Assembly (NCBI RefSeq): GCF_009914755.1
Contig: NC_060947.1
Direction: 5' to 3' (one strand)
Origin: the human T2T-CHM13v2.0 reference genome, Homo sapiens
Length of the DNA: 64,000 nt
The notes beneath the pieces are model-generated. The model saw only the letters and a program-made list of their open reading frames with translations. It did not search any database and was not told the origin of the DNA. How positions within the stretch are numbered: position 1 is the stretch's first letter; each line of letters starts with the position of its first letter. Of this stretch, positions 1-18,071 are shown one piece after another. The translations under genes and the position numbers were made by a program.

Positions 1-908
1 AGATCTGGGGTTCAACGGCTGTTGTTCAGATTACTTATGAAATCAAGCTCCCTTGATGTGGTGTTCTTCCCCTTCCCCTAGGAATGGAGCTTCCTGAGAG
101 TCGAACTGCAGTGATTGTTTTTGCTCTTCTGGATCTAGCCACCCAGTGGAGCTACCGAGCTCTGGGCTGGTACTGGGGACTGTCTGCAAAGAGTCCTGTG
201 ATGTAAAGCATCTTCAGATCTTGCAGCCATGAATAGCAGCAACTGCTCTCGTGGAGGTAGCAGGGGAGTGTGGTGGACTCTGTGAGGGTCTTTGGTTGTG
301 TTTTTGTTGGTTTTGTACTGGTTGGCCTCCAGCCAGGAGTTGGTACTTTCAAGAGTGCATCAGCTGAGGTCTTACAGGGAAGATGCAAACTTGTTCTAGG
401 CACATATGGTTACGTATTCAGGTTTTTCAGATGGTGGGCAGGGCCATAGAGCTCCCAAGAGATTATGACCTTTGTCTTTGGCTACTAGGGCAGGTAGAGA
501 AAAACCACCAGATTGGGGAAGGATAGGCATGTCTGAGCTCAGCCTCTCCTCTGGCGGGGCTTGCTGTGGCTGCTGTGGGGGATGGGAGTGTGGTTGTAAG
601 TTCATGGAGTTATATTCCCAAAGGGATTATGGCTGCCTCTGCTGAGTCATACAGGTTGCCAAGGAAGTGGGGGAAAGCTGTCAGTCCCAGGCCTCACCCT
701 GATCCCATGCAGCCTACATGTCCTAAAGGCCAGTCTACTCCCACCATGTCGCCCCATCCCAAATAGCACTGAGTGTATTTCCAGGGGTGTGAACTTGCCC
801 CAGACCACAAGCCTTCCCATTGAGAAAGCAAGCCGGCTCTTTTTCTGCATCTCAGGGAGCCTGTAGGGTTGATCCAGTTCCTTCAAAGGGTCTGAGGTTT
901 CACTCAGC
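1..908 (-). mobile_element. LINE-1 (L1PB-type) 5'UTR; element continues left of the window
   Basis: Reverse-complement similarity to the 5'UTR at 50010-51250, e.g. ggattatggctgcctctgctgagtcatacaggttgcc (624-660) vs gataacctgcatgattcagcagaggcagccataatcc (50641-50677). It lacks the first ~130 nt seen in the other copy. Confidence 0.85.
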
Positions 909-2145
909 AGATATTTCTCATAATTCTATTATTCCAAAGGAAATTGACTAGTAAAGGCAAATGTTACCCCTACTCTATTATAATATGATACTTACTCTTT
1001 ATATACTGAAGAAAGAATTGGTGTTGATAACTGACTTTCTTAAGAAAATATCAGAGTATATAATCCATGTTAATAAAGCTTATATTACAGAAGTGAGCAT
1101 CCTTGTTAGGAGAATTAAATACAGACCAGACATATGTTAGAACCTGCATGTATCTTGATCAATCCACAATCAAATTGGCTGGGAAAACTAATTAAGAACC
1201 TAAAAGCAATAAGGTCTATAAAATAAAAAATTAAAGTACTTAATGGACATTTAGAACATTTTATATTAAAATACTCTGAAAGTTAATTACTTTTATTCTT
1301 TTATTTTTTACAGTCAAGTATGCAGCCAAGAGAGTGAGCTGACTTATTTAAGTTTGCATACCTATTTTTCCAACAGAATTGGGACTAGAACATTAATTTC
1401 TTAGACAGTGATTTTTTTATCACAAAAACTCACCATGTCAATTGGATTTTAAAATAGTATTGAAATAAGAGTCTTACTTTAAAATATCTTTTAAAAATCT
1501 TTCAATTAATTTAAGACTCAAGATAAGTGCCTTCTTATTTTCCTCCCCTCTGTCCTCCTCCTCCTCAGAAGAATAACTTGTTTTGTAACTGACTGGCCTT
1601 GAATTCAGTAAACCGTTGCATAAATATTTTAAGTATATTTCTAAGTATCCAGAATTAAATGAATGTATAACTGCCCTATAATAATTCAAATACAATATAT
1701 TAAAATTAAAACATTGCTATAAACCATCAACTACAGCTCTCTCTATTTATATAACACATTTACAATGTTATTATGTTTACCTCCTTGAAAATCTACCTCT
1801 CCTCTCCTTGTAAAATTTTAGTGTGTGATTTGTTAACACCTCTCACTTATAGTGTAACCTCTTTGTGGATACAGTGTTAATTGCATTTTTTTGGATTAAC
1901 TTTGCATTTAGCTTAATTGGTTCTGCTTTAATATGAAGTGACACAGTTTGGATTCTGCTAACAATTTAAAGCTTTTCCAAAGGTTTAAAAGGTAGACATA
2001 AAAAAAATGCTCTTATCCAAACTTGGCATTCGATGACTTGGTATTATATTTAAAATCTTGGCTGTATATAACAAGATTGAAAAGTCACTTCATAACTCCC
2101 AAAATGTGAGAGTATAATGTGAAATAACAGAGTTAAAAAATAATT

Positions 2146-2179
2146 TTCTCTCTCTCTCTCTCTCCCTTTCGCTCTCTCT
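2146..2179. repeat. (CT)n microsatellite
   Basis: tctctctctctctctctccctttcgctctctct. Confidence 0.85.
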
Positions 2180-2985
2180 ATTAACAAAAGCATAACATAG
2201 AAATCAAGTATAGAAAAAGTTCATTTATTTCTTATTTCCTTTGCTTTATATGTTCAATGTGCCATTTCATAATCTATGATATCAGATTAGCCTGCATGTA
2301 GATATAGATTATCTATCTTCTAAGCCTGTATGAAGATATGAATTAATATTGTGCAGTGTTTTAACAATTTTGCAACCTCAAATCATCTTTCTGAAATCCC
2401 ATTTCATTATCTTTTTCTCAGTGGCAATTGAGACCGTGCTACTTGACTTTCTCAACTCCCATTTCTGCTCCTTCACCTTTATAGTACACAATAGTGAATT
2501 TGGATGATGTAAGAGTCCACTTTCTAAACTGGTAAGAAATCTGCTCAAAAATACATTTTATATTTTCAACAATCTTATGGATAATAAGTCTGAACTGTGT
2601 AGAATTCTTCAAACAGAAGTAAGGGGAGTCACAAAAAGTTTCTATTTGAAAAAAAACTTGTCAAGCATTAGTATTATTTTTAAAGCATAAATAAATATGG
2701 AAATAATACCGGAAAAGAGTCACCCAAGCTTTTCATCAGTTCTCTGACATTGAGAATCTTAAGGAAAAGAAGAGATAATCAGTTGTCCAGTATGATATCT
2801 ACATTTGTCAACTTCAAGTGATGAAATTTGGTGAGATAGTTTCTTAATATTCTTCCCATCTTTTGTAGTCTAAAAAACAATATGTCTGTGAGTCGGTGCA
2901 GAGTGACATGGCATGACAACATGAGTAATAGCCTGGATTCTTTGGGAACATCATCCCTCTGTATTCAAAATTACTTTATACATAC

Positions 2986-3038
2986 GTAGAGATTGGATAA
3001 TGTTCTCTTCCAGGCTGCTGGATCAATTTCATAATTAC
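2986..3038 (-). other. Candidate 53-nt internal exon (host transcript unknown)
   Basis: Minus strand reads cattttattttctcAG|GTAATTATG...CTCTAC|GTatgt, in non-repeat DNA. Splice motifs only, no transcript evidence. Confidence 0.3.
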
Positions 3039-3104
3039 CTGAGAAAATAAAATGACAGTTGCTTCATCAAGCAACAGACATTTTATGAATTCTACTTTTA
3101 TTAG

Positions 3105-4670
3105 TCCTTTCATTCATTTATTCATCTATTCAAAATTTACTGTGTTCCTATGATATCTATAGCATAATATAATAATTGTTTCAGGGATATAAAATAGGTA
3201 ATACAATTCCATTTTTAGATACAATAGAAAGCTAATTGGACTTCTCTCTTCCTTTTCCAACCCCCAGCACATGAAAGATATGGGCACTGATGGTTCTCAG
3301 AATGCCAGCCAGTAATAAACGCACAAATATTGAAGAATCCTTGGAAAGTCCCAGAAAGAAGGGTAAGAATCCCTGTTTACAAGGAATAATAAACTGGAGC
3401 AGGAAAGGGACAGGAGCCACAGTAAAGACAGGTTGACAGGAACTTCCCAATACATACATTTATTAAAAAGTATAATTTGTGCAATGATTTTGGGTCAGGT
3501 GCTCTTCTAAATACTGAGGACATAGCAATGAACAAAACAAGAATCCTTGCCCCAATGGAGTTTATATTCTTGTATAAGGAGTCAAACAATATTCTAAGTA
3601 AGTGAAATATAATTATGTCAGTTGATGATAAGTAATATAGAAAAAAGAAAGTAGGGAAGGGGACAGGGAATTGCAGAGAATGCATGAAAATTTCAATAAA
3701 GTGGTCAGGGATGAACTTAGGGTGGAGGCGATACTTGAATACAGACAAAGAGGTGAAGGGAAGTACCATAAATAGTTTTGAGAGAAGAGCATTCCAGTCT
3801 AAACAAATATATTAAGGTGGCAGTTAGTCTAGCATGCATTCAAGATATAGTAAGGTGGCCTATGTGACTGCTATAGAGTGAGGGAGCATAAGACTAATAG
3901 TACAAGATATCAGAAAGAAAATGATGGTGGGACAGATTACGTATAGCCTTGTAGGCCATTATGAAGACTTTGGCCTTTACTCTGAGTGATACTGGGCGTC
4001 ACTGGAGGACTGTGATGAGAGAGTAAAATTGCAAGACAATTTTAAACAGGGTTACTTTAGCTGCTATGTAAAATACAGACTGAAGAAAATAAAGTAGAAA
4101 GCTGGGAAAATGTAAGGAAGCTATTGGAATAATTTAGGTGACCAATACTAGTTCTGTGGCCCAGAACAGAGCTTCTCAACCTTGGAATTATTGACATTTG
4201 AAGCAGGTAATTCTGTGTTGTATATGTCTTGAGGTGATCAAGTGCTCTGTGCATTGTAGGATATTTAGCAGAACTTCTGACCCCCCACCCACCAGAGGCC
4301 AGTAGCAACCCTGCCCCTAGTTGTGGCAACTGAAAATGTCTCCCAACATTGCCAAATGTCCTCTGGGGCGAAAAATCACCTTCAGTAGTCAGAACTGCTG
4401 GCCCAGGACAATAGCAGCATAGGCAGTAGTAACTTACTACATTATAAATTATTTTAAAGGCACAGGCAACATGATTTGCTGACAGATTTTATATGAAGCA
4501 AAATACAAAGAGGTAAATCAAAATGTATAAGAATTTTTTTTCTTAATAACTGAGGGAACAGAGATTGTCATAAACTGAAATGGGGAAGCCTGCAAAGAGC
4601 AGGTTTGGGAGAATAACAAGGGTGAAGCTGTAGTTATGGTAATTTTGAAATGCCTATTAGACATCAAGTA
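3105..4670 (-). mobile_element. L2 (LINE-2) fragments, interrupted by MER20
   Basis: L2 3'-end motif tcattcatttattcat at ~3110; L2-like body gaggacatagcaatgaacaaaacaag, gccttgtaggccattatgaagactttggcctttactctgagtga, tttgaaatgcctattagacatcaagt. Confidence 0.7.
4167..4400 (+). mobile_element. MER20 (hAT-Charlie MITE)
   Basis: cagagcttctcaaccttgg...gaaaatgtctcccaacattgccaaatgtcctctgggg...agaactgctg; 8-bp TSD gcccagaa (4159-4166) / gcccagga (4401-4408). Confidence 0.9.
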
Positions 4671-4759
4671 AAAATAGTGCTCCTTTCTTTCGTTCATGTT
4701 AACTACATATCTCTCTTCACCCAGAAGCTTATGTATTTTGTGTGACATGTTTACAAGAA

Positions 4760-5570
4760 GATATAACACAGTCTATGTGATCTGAGCAAAATGAAGTAAA
4801 GGAAAAACCAATAACAGAAAAATAGCCTCCCAGACCACAAAAATCTCAATATAAAAATATATATACCATTAGACAACTCCATAGCTTATAAGGAAATTTT
4901 CATGTAAATTACTCAATATGGCTAACTGACCAAGTATTGCATGTTCAAATTTGTGGTATTCAGCTAAAACAGTACTTCAGAGGGAATTTAGAGCTTTGAA
5001 TACACATACAAGAAAAATGAAAAAGATTGGAAATAAATGAGCTATGTATTCAATTCAAGAAGCTAGAAAAAGAGCAACAGAGTAAACTCAAAGAAATAAG
5101 AAATAATAATAGAGGACAATGATATATTCAAAATGATTGACCAAAAAAAACTGATTATTTTAACACAATGGTAAAAAGGATAGGTAGCAAGATTAATGAG
5201 GAAGAACAAAAGCAGAGAGAACAAATACAGATTTAAATACGGGTAGTGACTAGGCTCAAAGTAGAGATATCAATGTAAAATAATATTGTAACCAACATTA
5301 TGCAAATATTTAAAAAAAATAAATGAAGGTAATATATTTCTGGAAAAATGTCAAGTGCCAAATAAATACACAGTGAAACAGCAAAGTAGAAATATACAAA
5401 AATAATTACATAAATTAAAATAATAAAAAATCTCCCACTACTCCACATATCATTGCCAATAATTCCCAAACCAGAACATTTTATACTTGGATTCTATGAA
5501 AGATTCAATAATCACAAAACACTGACTCTCATCTTGTACAAGTAGCTCCAAAACAATAGAACAATAACTT
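4760..5570 (+). mobile_element. Ancient L1M ORF2 remnant
   Basis: A-rich, with L1-like cagctaaaacagtacttcagagggaatttagagctttgaatacacataca and caagaagctagaaaaagagcaacagagtaaactcaaag. Confidence 0.7.
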
Positions 5571-5904
5571 TATAAGTTTCTCAAACATATTTAACAGCTT
5601 TATTGAGATATATTTAGCATAATATTAAATGTTGGCAATGATTTGTGGTAAATCTTGTATTTCTAGTGAAAATGCAAACTGATATTCATTCTGTAAAACA
5701 TACTTAAAATACATTTAAGTATGTGTAGATCCCGAGAACTATAGTCTTCTTACTGTGCTTCTATGTTGGAGAAAATTGTCACACAGTTCAAAAAATAAGT
5801 GAGCTGTCTTTTTCTATAAGTTACTTAATATAGTAGCTGTTTCTGTTGTTAAGTAAAAATTGACTGTCACTATCACGTTGAGTGCCTTTTTTTCAGAAAA
5901 AAAT

Positions 5905-6025
5905 GTACATATATTCAGATATAACCTCTGGGCATTATGATTTAGTAGGTCTGGAGTAGGGTCCAGGTATGGGTATTTTTAATCAAGCTTAACAGGTGAT
6001 TCTGACACTGCATTCCTGGTTAAGA
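5905..6025. mobile_element. MER5-like hAT-Charlie fragment
   Basis: tgatttagtaggtctggagtagggtccagg...caggtgattctga. Similar MER5 fragments lie at ~13130-13270, ~20255-20420 and ~21375-21495. Confidence 0.6.
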
Positions 6026-7759
6026 TCTAGGGATATGATGTAATTAGCATAGTGAATCTGCATACTTCCAGGAGTTCCAGTGTAATACTTCCAGGATTTT
6101 CATTAAAGGATTTCCATAGTCCACCATGAAGAAGTTGGGGAGCTTGACATATGTTAAAGAACAAAGAGCCCAAGAGATCATACAAAGTAGCTATTTTCCA
6201 GTTTCCCCTCAATCATTAGATGGTCCATTTATCAAAGTCAGAGAATCCAGGAAATTCATCATATAAATCTTGGAATAACACATTTTGAAACAAAGTGAGC
6301 ATGTATGGATACTTTGGGAGAGCTTATGCCAAACATACTGAAGCCTCTCTCTCTGAAGTTTTCTCCCAGGATTAAAAAAAAATAGTATTCCATAATCCAC
6401 TAGTTATATTACCTTTATCTGAAAAGTGTACAAGACTTTTATTTTTCCCACTAGTATCAAAAATTCCATGTCAAAAAACATTATCAAAACTGCTGAATAT
6501 TTTCCTATAGGTTAATATCAGAATATAGCCTCTGCCTATTAGAGCTCACTGGATGTTGGCTGAGAGTGCAGAAAAAATGTGAGGCCCTCTACAGTTAACA
6601 TTATTCCCCACTCCAACTCCAAAATAACCAAGAAATCATTATCTCAGGTTGATTTCTAGAACTTGTTTGCTTGCTGGTTATGATTTGAGCCACATGTTCC
6701 TTACCTTTAACCATTCCCTCCTTTCAAGCCAAATGTTATCAAGCAACAGATAATATTTTTGTCTTCTTGCTAATGCGTGAAATTCCTCACCCATGGATAA
6801 ATCTTACTTTCCAAATTGAGAGAGTTAAAGTATAACAAGCTAGTCAATCCAAAGCTTAACAGACTTATTATGATCATTCCATTTTGCAAATAGAGAAAAG
6901 GGTAAAGAAAGGGCATAAAGAAGGAGATGAGAGCAGAGGGTAGAACGGTGAGAGATAAAGAAGGGCAGAGAGAAGAGTATAGATTTATTACTGACTTCAA
7001 GTATAGGTAAAAGGATTCTTCTAAGTGTCCCTTGGACAATGACAATCATGTAGCAATATAATTCTCAGCTTGACAGCTGTAAATACAAGCAACTCTGCCT
7101 CACAGGGCTTAATACCTATTTGTTTAAACCTAGCAGGTTACATAGAAAGTGTGTTTGGAGAATTTTTCTTGAATTATTTTAAAATTTTAATTTCATTACA
7201 AAGAGTACTTCTTATGTGGTACCCTTTAAAGTGCTGTCAGAGCAATCTGTTTAAGCAAAATACTTTTCTCTATGGCGATGCTGGGTAACAGAAGAGCTTC
7301 TCTACTACCCAAATTTTTCCTGTGGGCTTTGTGATGAAGCAAAGTAAACTTACAAAATAAAAGTGACAAATATCGAGTAGAATCTGTAGCTAAAAATGAA
7401 AACTCTTTCAGTCAATTGTTACTGTGTTTAGAGGATTTCTACCCCATACACTTAGTTGCAGCCTGAGGAGATGAGAGAAAATAACATTTGACACCGTAAG
7501 AAGAAAGCTGCCTGACAGATTATTTTTATTTTAAAGCTGGAAAATTGATAAGAGGAACTGAACAATGGTAGAAAATTGAATAGGCTACAGTGATAACATT
7601 CTGATGGTATCCTGTCCTTTGAGCAAGCAAACGTTGTAACTTAATGCCCTCCACATTTCCCTGGCCACTTTATTTAAGAAAAGTGGGAGAATAGGAATTA
7701 CCTTTTAGCAACAGTAGAGGAATGGTGTGGTTATAAGCAGAAGGCTAATTACAGAGAAA

Positions 7760-7995
7760 AAGTGTAGATAGTGGAATGCAGTGAGGACTTGGATTCAACA
7801 GAACTGAGTTTGAATCCTGGCGTTAGTATTTTTTAGAACTATGACCTTAAGCAAATTAATTTGTGTTCTTACTTTCTCATCTTTAAAATTGGAATGTTAA
7901 CACCAGATTTGCAAAGTTGTTGTGAGGTTTAGAAATAATACATGTAAAATATCTTGTACTATACATCAGCTCAGTAAATGATAATGATTATTGTT
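7760..7995 (+). mobile_element. MIR SINE
   Basis: Core gagtttgaatcctgg...atgaccttaagcaaatt...tttctcatctttaaaattgga...gttgtgaggtttagaaataatacatgtaaa. Confidence 0.75.
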
Positions 7996-8843
7996 ACCTT
8001 TCCCAGAACCAAGGAGTATTAACTGAGGAAGATTTCAAAAGTAAACGCATATTGTAGTGCTTTTGCCACTGCTTTGGTAGTAAATATTCTCAAAAAGAAA
8101 GAGTGTTGCCAACCAATTTTTCTACTTGTTTATACAATTAAATTGCCTGTTTTAAAAAGTTCAGCTTTCACTACTCTAGGAAGAAAATTGGGTTTTAAGT
8201 AAGAAATAACCATACAACTGAAGACTGTCACAGGGCAATGTGTGAGAGCACCGCTGGTAAACTAATGTGGAATAATAAAAAAAAAAATGGAAACGCTGTG
8301 ACTACATTTTATTTTGCTTGCTTGTTGAGGCATTTTTTCCCTATAGCTGTGTTCCAGGTAAAAAACTGTAAATGTACATGAAAACTGCATTGCAGTTTCT
8401 TAACAAGCATCTCCTACAAAGCAATCAGTGATCTCTGGCCAAAAATAACATAAAATAAACTTACAAAATTTCTCCAAGGCAAAGAAATACTGCATGTAAA
8501 TTTAATTTGAAGTAGAATAAGCCAGATCATTTTATAAACTTTGGGGTGTTGTAATTACAACTGCTATTACCTTGGATTAATAATAGGCAAAATAAGATTT
8601 TTATCTAGTAACAGTTATTACAAACTTGGATGTTTAACTTATGTCGTTAAAGTAATTAAAAAACTTATTTAGTTCAGATATAAAGACGACTAAAGATAAC
8701 TCCAAAATTATTAAAAAAACAAATTCTTGATACTTTACAACATTCATCTTACTTACTTTTAAAGGCCAATAAAGAATGAAAGATGAAGAAATACAATAAA
8801 ATAGTGGTTAATAGAGTATTCTCCTCAAACGATTTTTTAAAAT

Positions 8844-12927
<4,084 letters not shown>

Positions 12928-15900
12928 CAAACTATTTTTTAAAATGAACAATTCGTTATATTATGTTAAAATTCAAGGAAATTATTCTAGATAAAATTTA
13001 AAATCCAGGAGAAATTGATAAGCACAGAATAAAAATTTAGCAAGGTCTCGCACTGTAGGTTTGATGCTATCTCTATAATATTCAGACACAAATTATGTTT
13101 CTGTCACTGGATGAGATAAGAACTGAGAAGATTTTATCTGATGGTTTGAGTTGAAATTCCTCAGATGAGATTAGGGAATTTTTAGGGCTCAACCTCAAAA
13201 TCTTTGCCCTTGGATGTGAAACAGGTTCCTTGGGTGATTCTTATGAAAGAAAACTTTTGAGAACCACAGGATTAGAACGTTTTAGAGATGTCATATAAAT
13301 CTTTCAGATGCTGCTTCATATTACTGCTGCAACAAATTGTGAAGGGACATCAGTACTCATTAACATATTAATTATTTTTCTCCACTCTTCTCAATAGTTT
13401 TATGTAAATTTCAAGTTCACAGTCTATGAACGTATTCTCCTAACAGTATTACCAGTTTATGTGGAGAAACATGACCTGTTATATCAGATTTGCTCTTATG
13501 GGATTGGTTCTTTTCCATGCTCTGCATTTAGAGATAAACAATGCAGAAAATATCACAGTAAAGATGAGACTCTAAGAAAGCTAAGTAAATAGAATTTGTA
13601 AGTGCACTGAAGATTGAGTCTTCTCATCTGTATACATGACTCTGGTCAGTCCAAGGACATTAGATATATGTTACAGAGCTGTGGGATCAAAACAAATACT
13701 GATAGGCTACAGTTATTAATATCTTGCTATATTTGGTTATTACTGGTTCTGGAATTAGATAGTACCAAACTTACAAGTAATTGGTTTTTATTGCCAGCAT
13801 CATGGTTGATCAGAGTGTTGTAACATATTTATTGATATAAACGTATTTCACTGAATCTTGATTCATTATCTCTGTCTAATAAATAAGCCATTACTTTTGC
13901 AATAATTAAACACTTTCAGATTTTCTATTCTAAGTTCTCCAATGGACAACAAAGTTTTACTTTCATTTGCTTCAGTAAAAACAGGAGTTAGTTGAGGCTT
14001 TTCCATGTGTAAAAGAGTATTTCTTTTTACAAAGCACTGTTAAACAGAAAGAGGAAGGTATCTAATTTGAGGATTTCAGATGGCCTGAAATAAACTCCTC
14101 TTGAAATGATAAAAATATTTGGTAAATAGAAATGTAATTTGGTGGAAAGTCTCCACAATTTCTAGTAAGATATAAATCTTATCCATAATAAGAATTAAAT
14201 AAAACATAATAAAAATAAGTTAGCTGAAGAAGTTATAAATAAAAATGTCTTTGTGTGAAAACAGGAGACATATAGCAAATATCTACTTATTCCTTCAAAT
14301 GAAAACTAGTCACTTCAAACTTAGTATTGCAAATTAGCATTTCATTTTGGATTAATAGCGAATTTTGAATGTTAGACAGATAATTGACTTTCACAATTGT
14401 GATAATAACAGTATTTACTATATACTGTACGCTATTAAATCTAGTATCTATTTGCTTAATCAACAGACATTTAATTATGCAAAGTAGGTTATAATTAGAA
14501 ATGAGATTTATGATCCTACTTTACCTTAGTCTACTTCACAAAACTGCTATATAATTTTATAACATTGTAATTCTCTTTAGAAAAGTTACAGATTAAAGAA
14601 CCACAATATGTTATTATTAAGAAAAGTTGAAAAGGATGAGTTTGTGTGACCAAATCATAGACAGATGGACACTTCTTTGATCTCAGTTGTTGATTTAAGA
14701 GATTCAGCATTATAATTCTATATATATATGCTAAATATTATATTTATATAATTAATTAGCTTTTCTTAAGTAATAAATTGTTTAATAAGTTCAGTATAAA
14801 TTTTGTGTAAATTTAATCTCTTTATTTCAAGTATTTGGAAATTATTTCAATTATTATGAAATCAACTAGTACCTATCCTAAATATTAAGGCCTCCACAAC
14901 AACCTGGGATAATCAGTTCCCACTAAGAATAGCAATGCTACAAATTTCATCAGACTTAATGTCATTTTTTAAATGAATTTCAATATCATCTATCTATTGT
15001 ATTATTTCAAGAAAATGGGCTATTTATGAAATTATTTAATTACAAGCTGTGCAGTAAAGTATATCGTTAGTTCTTATTATACTTCTACAGTTTAGTCCTT
15101 AGTCTCATACTGATTGCATTCTTTGTTAGATTTCAGTTTTTCTATTTTTCCACAAAAAGGACAGACTATAAATTTCCATTATTTAAAAGTTAATTTCATG
15201 GTTATCATAAGATTCTTGCATTCTAATTTGCATGGATGTTCTAATTACATCACTTTCTTGAGCAACAGGATTACTTTTCTCTCATGGGTTTAAAATGCAT
15301 AATTACTTATGTAAAGATTTGTTAATGGTTCATTGAAATGTATTTTAATATACAGATTTCAGCAGCATTGTCTCTTCAATTTATATGATAAAAGGGTGTG
15401 ATAAAAACAATCTGACTTCAAAATAATACATTCTAGCAGCAATTAGTATGGATAAAGTAACCTACGTTGTAATATAATTAATTTAATCACAAAACAAAAT
15501 TGGTAAATTCTAATTTGAAATAAAGTACCTGAAAAAGGTAAGTAGTTGGACTATTATCTTCAAATATCAATTCTAGATTTGCAAATACAACAATAAAATA
15601 ATATTGAAAAGTAATGTAATTTTCCTTTTTCAGAAAGGCAAGCACCTACTAATCTTTCTAAGAGAGACAATAGGTCTTTTGTTTTTACCATCTTAACCAT
15701 TTTTTCAGTTGTAGTTTTTTACAACTTATTTTTAGTTTTAATTATAAGTCTATTTTTGAGGTGATTCAAAAAGGAAGAAAATGACATTAAAGAGAGAAGA
15801 GCCACAATGCAATTAAAAACTAACATTATTTTACCAATGGCATAAAACAGGCAAAATAATGCAAGTTCTTAATTGCTCTGTGGCTCTTCTCTCTTTAATG

Positions 15901-16084
15901 CACAAGATTATTTTACTAACTTCTAATTCAACATTTATTCAATGCATAGTTCAGGCAAGATACAAGATAAATATTCATATAATAAAATCAATTTTGTCTC
16001 ATCAAAATGAATATGGGCTGAGACAATTTCAGAAACTTTTGGCAAAAGCAAAGTATTATTGCCACAAAATAATAATTGATAATA

Positions 16085-16350
16085 ATCATAACATTTACTG
16101 AGTGCTTATTCTGTGTCAGACATAGTATACTATTTTCCTTCCATTCATTAATCCTATGAATCATTACATTTATTCATTTAATTATCAAAACTACCTTATG
16201 AGGTTGCTATTACTATTTGTTGTACAGATGATATAATTTTGATGTTTGGAGAGAATGATTTACTTATTAAAGGTCACAAGGCTAGAGTAAGTGCTGTAAA
16301 TGGGATTGAAAACATATTGCTATTCAATTCCAGAGCTGCAGCACTTAACT
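16085..16350 (-). mobile_element. MIR SINE
   Basis: aacatttactgagtgcttattctgtgtcagacatag...aactaccttatgaggttgctattact...aaggtcacaaggctag. Confidence 0.7.
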
Positions 16351-16491
16351 ACCAAACCCTAATGTATTATTACATGAGATAGGGCAGGATCTTATTTGTA
16401 TATATTCTTACTTTATCTAAAGGGCACTAAAATAATTGACTAGTTAGTTCCTGAAAAGTACACTGAAGCTTAATAGGTGTGGTTTTAGTAT

Positions 16492-16715
16492 CACATGGAC
16501 ACAGGAAGGGAAACATCACACACTGGGGCCTGTTGTGGGGTGGCGGAACGGGGGAGGGATAGCATTAGGAGATATACCTAATGCTAAATGAGGAGTTAAT
16601 GGGTGCAGCACACCAACATGGTACATGTATACATATGTAACAAACCTGCACATTGTGCACATGTACCCTAAAACTTAAAGTATAATAAAATAATAATAAT
16701 AATGATAATAATAAA
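16492..16715 (+). mobile_element. Short 5'-truncated L1PA (about PA4-5) 3' end with (TAA)n tail
   Basis: cacatggacacaggaagggaaacatcacacactggggcctgttgtggggtgg...gtaccctaaaacttaaagtataataa. Confidence 0.92.
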
Positions 16716-17477
16716 CTACTAGGAAGTCCTTCAAAGTGAATGTATTGAAATTACACAAGCTCTGGGATTTTTATTTGAGCCACTCACTACTATACACATG
16801 CTACTTTAAAGGAGTTCATTTTAGTAACCTAGATGGGAAGAATCTCATTTTCATTTGTAGTATCAAAATATTTGACCCTAATTCAGAGTTACACATTCAA
16901 CGAAGTCAATGGAGACTTATCAAGGTATCTTCCTTAAGTGTAAGAATTATTATATTGGTCTGAATATTAGAAATCTCTGTTCTGCAAATTCAATAATTGA
17001 ATTAGACATTCAGGATATGTCTATATCTTCAAAAAAGACTAACTTGTAAATGCTATATGAAAAATTCTGATATCAAAATTAATTAATTTGAAATTCAGAG
17101 CACTTATATATCTACGCAAAGTATCAATAATGGATATAATAAAGGGCTAACTAGTTGTAACAACATACATGTGCATTTGTGTTTTTTTGTTGAGTACTCA
17201 TTCATGCAGAAATTTGAGAAAATATAATATTGGGGGACTATTAAATTGGCCAGAATATTGATTGCCCCGTTTTACTAAAGAAAGCAATAAATCAACTTTA
17301 TTGAAGTGATAATGGATTTTCTTGAACTTAGACAATTAAGAAATCTTTATTCTACATTGGTTTGATCATTAATTCAAGACTGAACTTGAAAAGCTGTTAA
17401 ACATTTACTGTTAATAGATCAGTGTACAAGGTTGCTGCTTGTAGATGGCAATGTGCAGTAGAAAAAAATGTGGTGGG

Positions 17478-17987
17478 GTAATCTAGTTATCTATTGCTAT
17501 GTAATAAATTAGCATAGACTTTAACAGATTTAAACAACGAATACTTTTCATTTTAAGTTTCCACATTATTCATAAATTCAGGAGTATCCTTGCTGAGTAG
17601 TTTTTGGCTTAGTTTCTTTCACAAGATTTCAAACTAGTTGTCAGCTAGGTATGCAGTCTGAAGGATTGGTTGGGATTCACTCAAATTGCTGGACTATTAA
17701 TGCTGGTTATTTGCAAGTGGCCTCAATTCCTTCTCTTATGGGCATCCCCATGGGGCTACTGAGAGTCCTCACAATATGACAGTTGGTTTCCCCTGGAGCA
17801 AGTTATCCAAGAGAGAAAGCAGAAGTTGTGATGTGTCTTATAAATCAAATTCAGAAATCACAAATTGCAATTTCTGAAATATTGATTACACTGGTCAGTT
17901 ATATTACATGTGATAGCACAATTCACAGGAATATGCATAACATGAGGTGAGTATCATTAGGGACAATCTTACGGACTGACTACCACA
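17478..17987 (-). mobile_element. MaLR LTR (MLT1-type)
   Basis: tagttatctattgctatgtaataaatta... ending ggactgactaccaca (reverse complement of the MLT1 start tgtggtag). Confidence 0.7.
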
Positions 17988-18071
17988 AAGCCGTGTAGTA
18001 ACTGTAGGATCTTGAACAATTCGCTTAATATCTTTGGTGCACAAAATTCCTCATCTATAAAATATCAATGA

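Noticed and set aside
1474-1695. ORF with acidic SEEEEDRGEE run and a donor-like AA|GTAAGA at its end
   Set aside because: The acidic run comes from a (CCT)n-like tract, the acceptor is weak, and I recognise no homology.
6062-6096. 12-bp direct repeat atacttccagga x2 with STAT-like half sites
   Set aside because: Neither copy matches TTCNNNGAA; the short repeat is compatible with chance or minor slippage.
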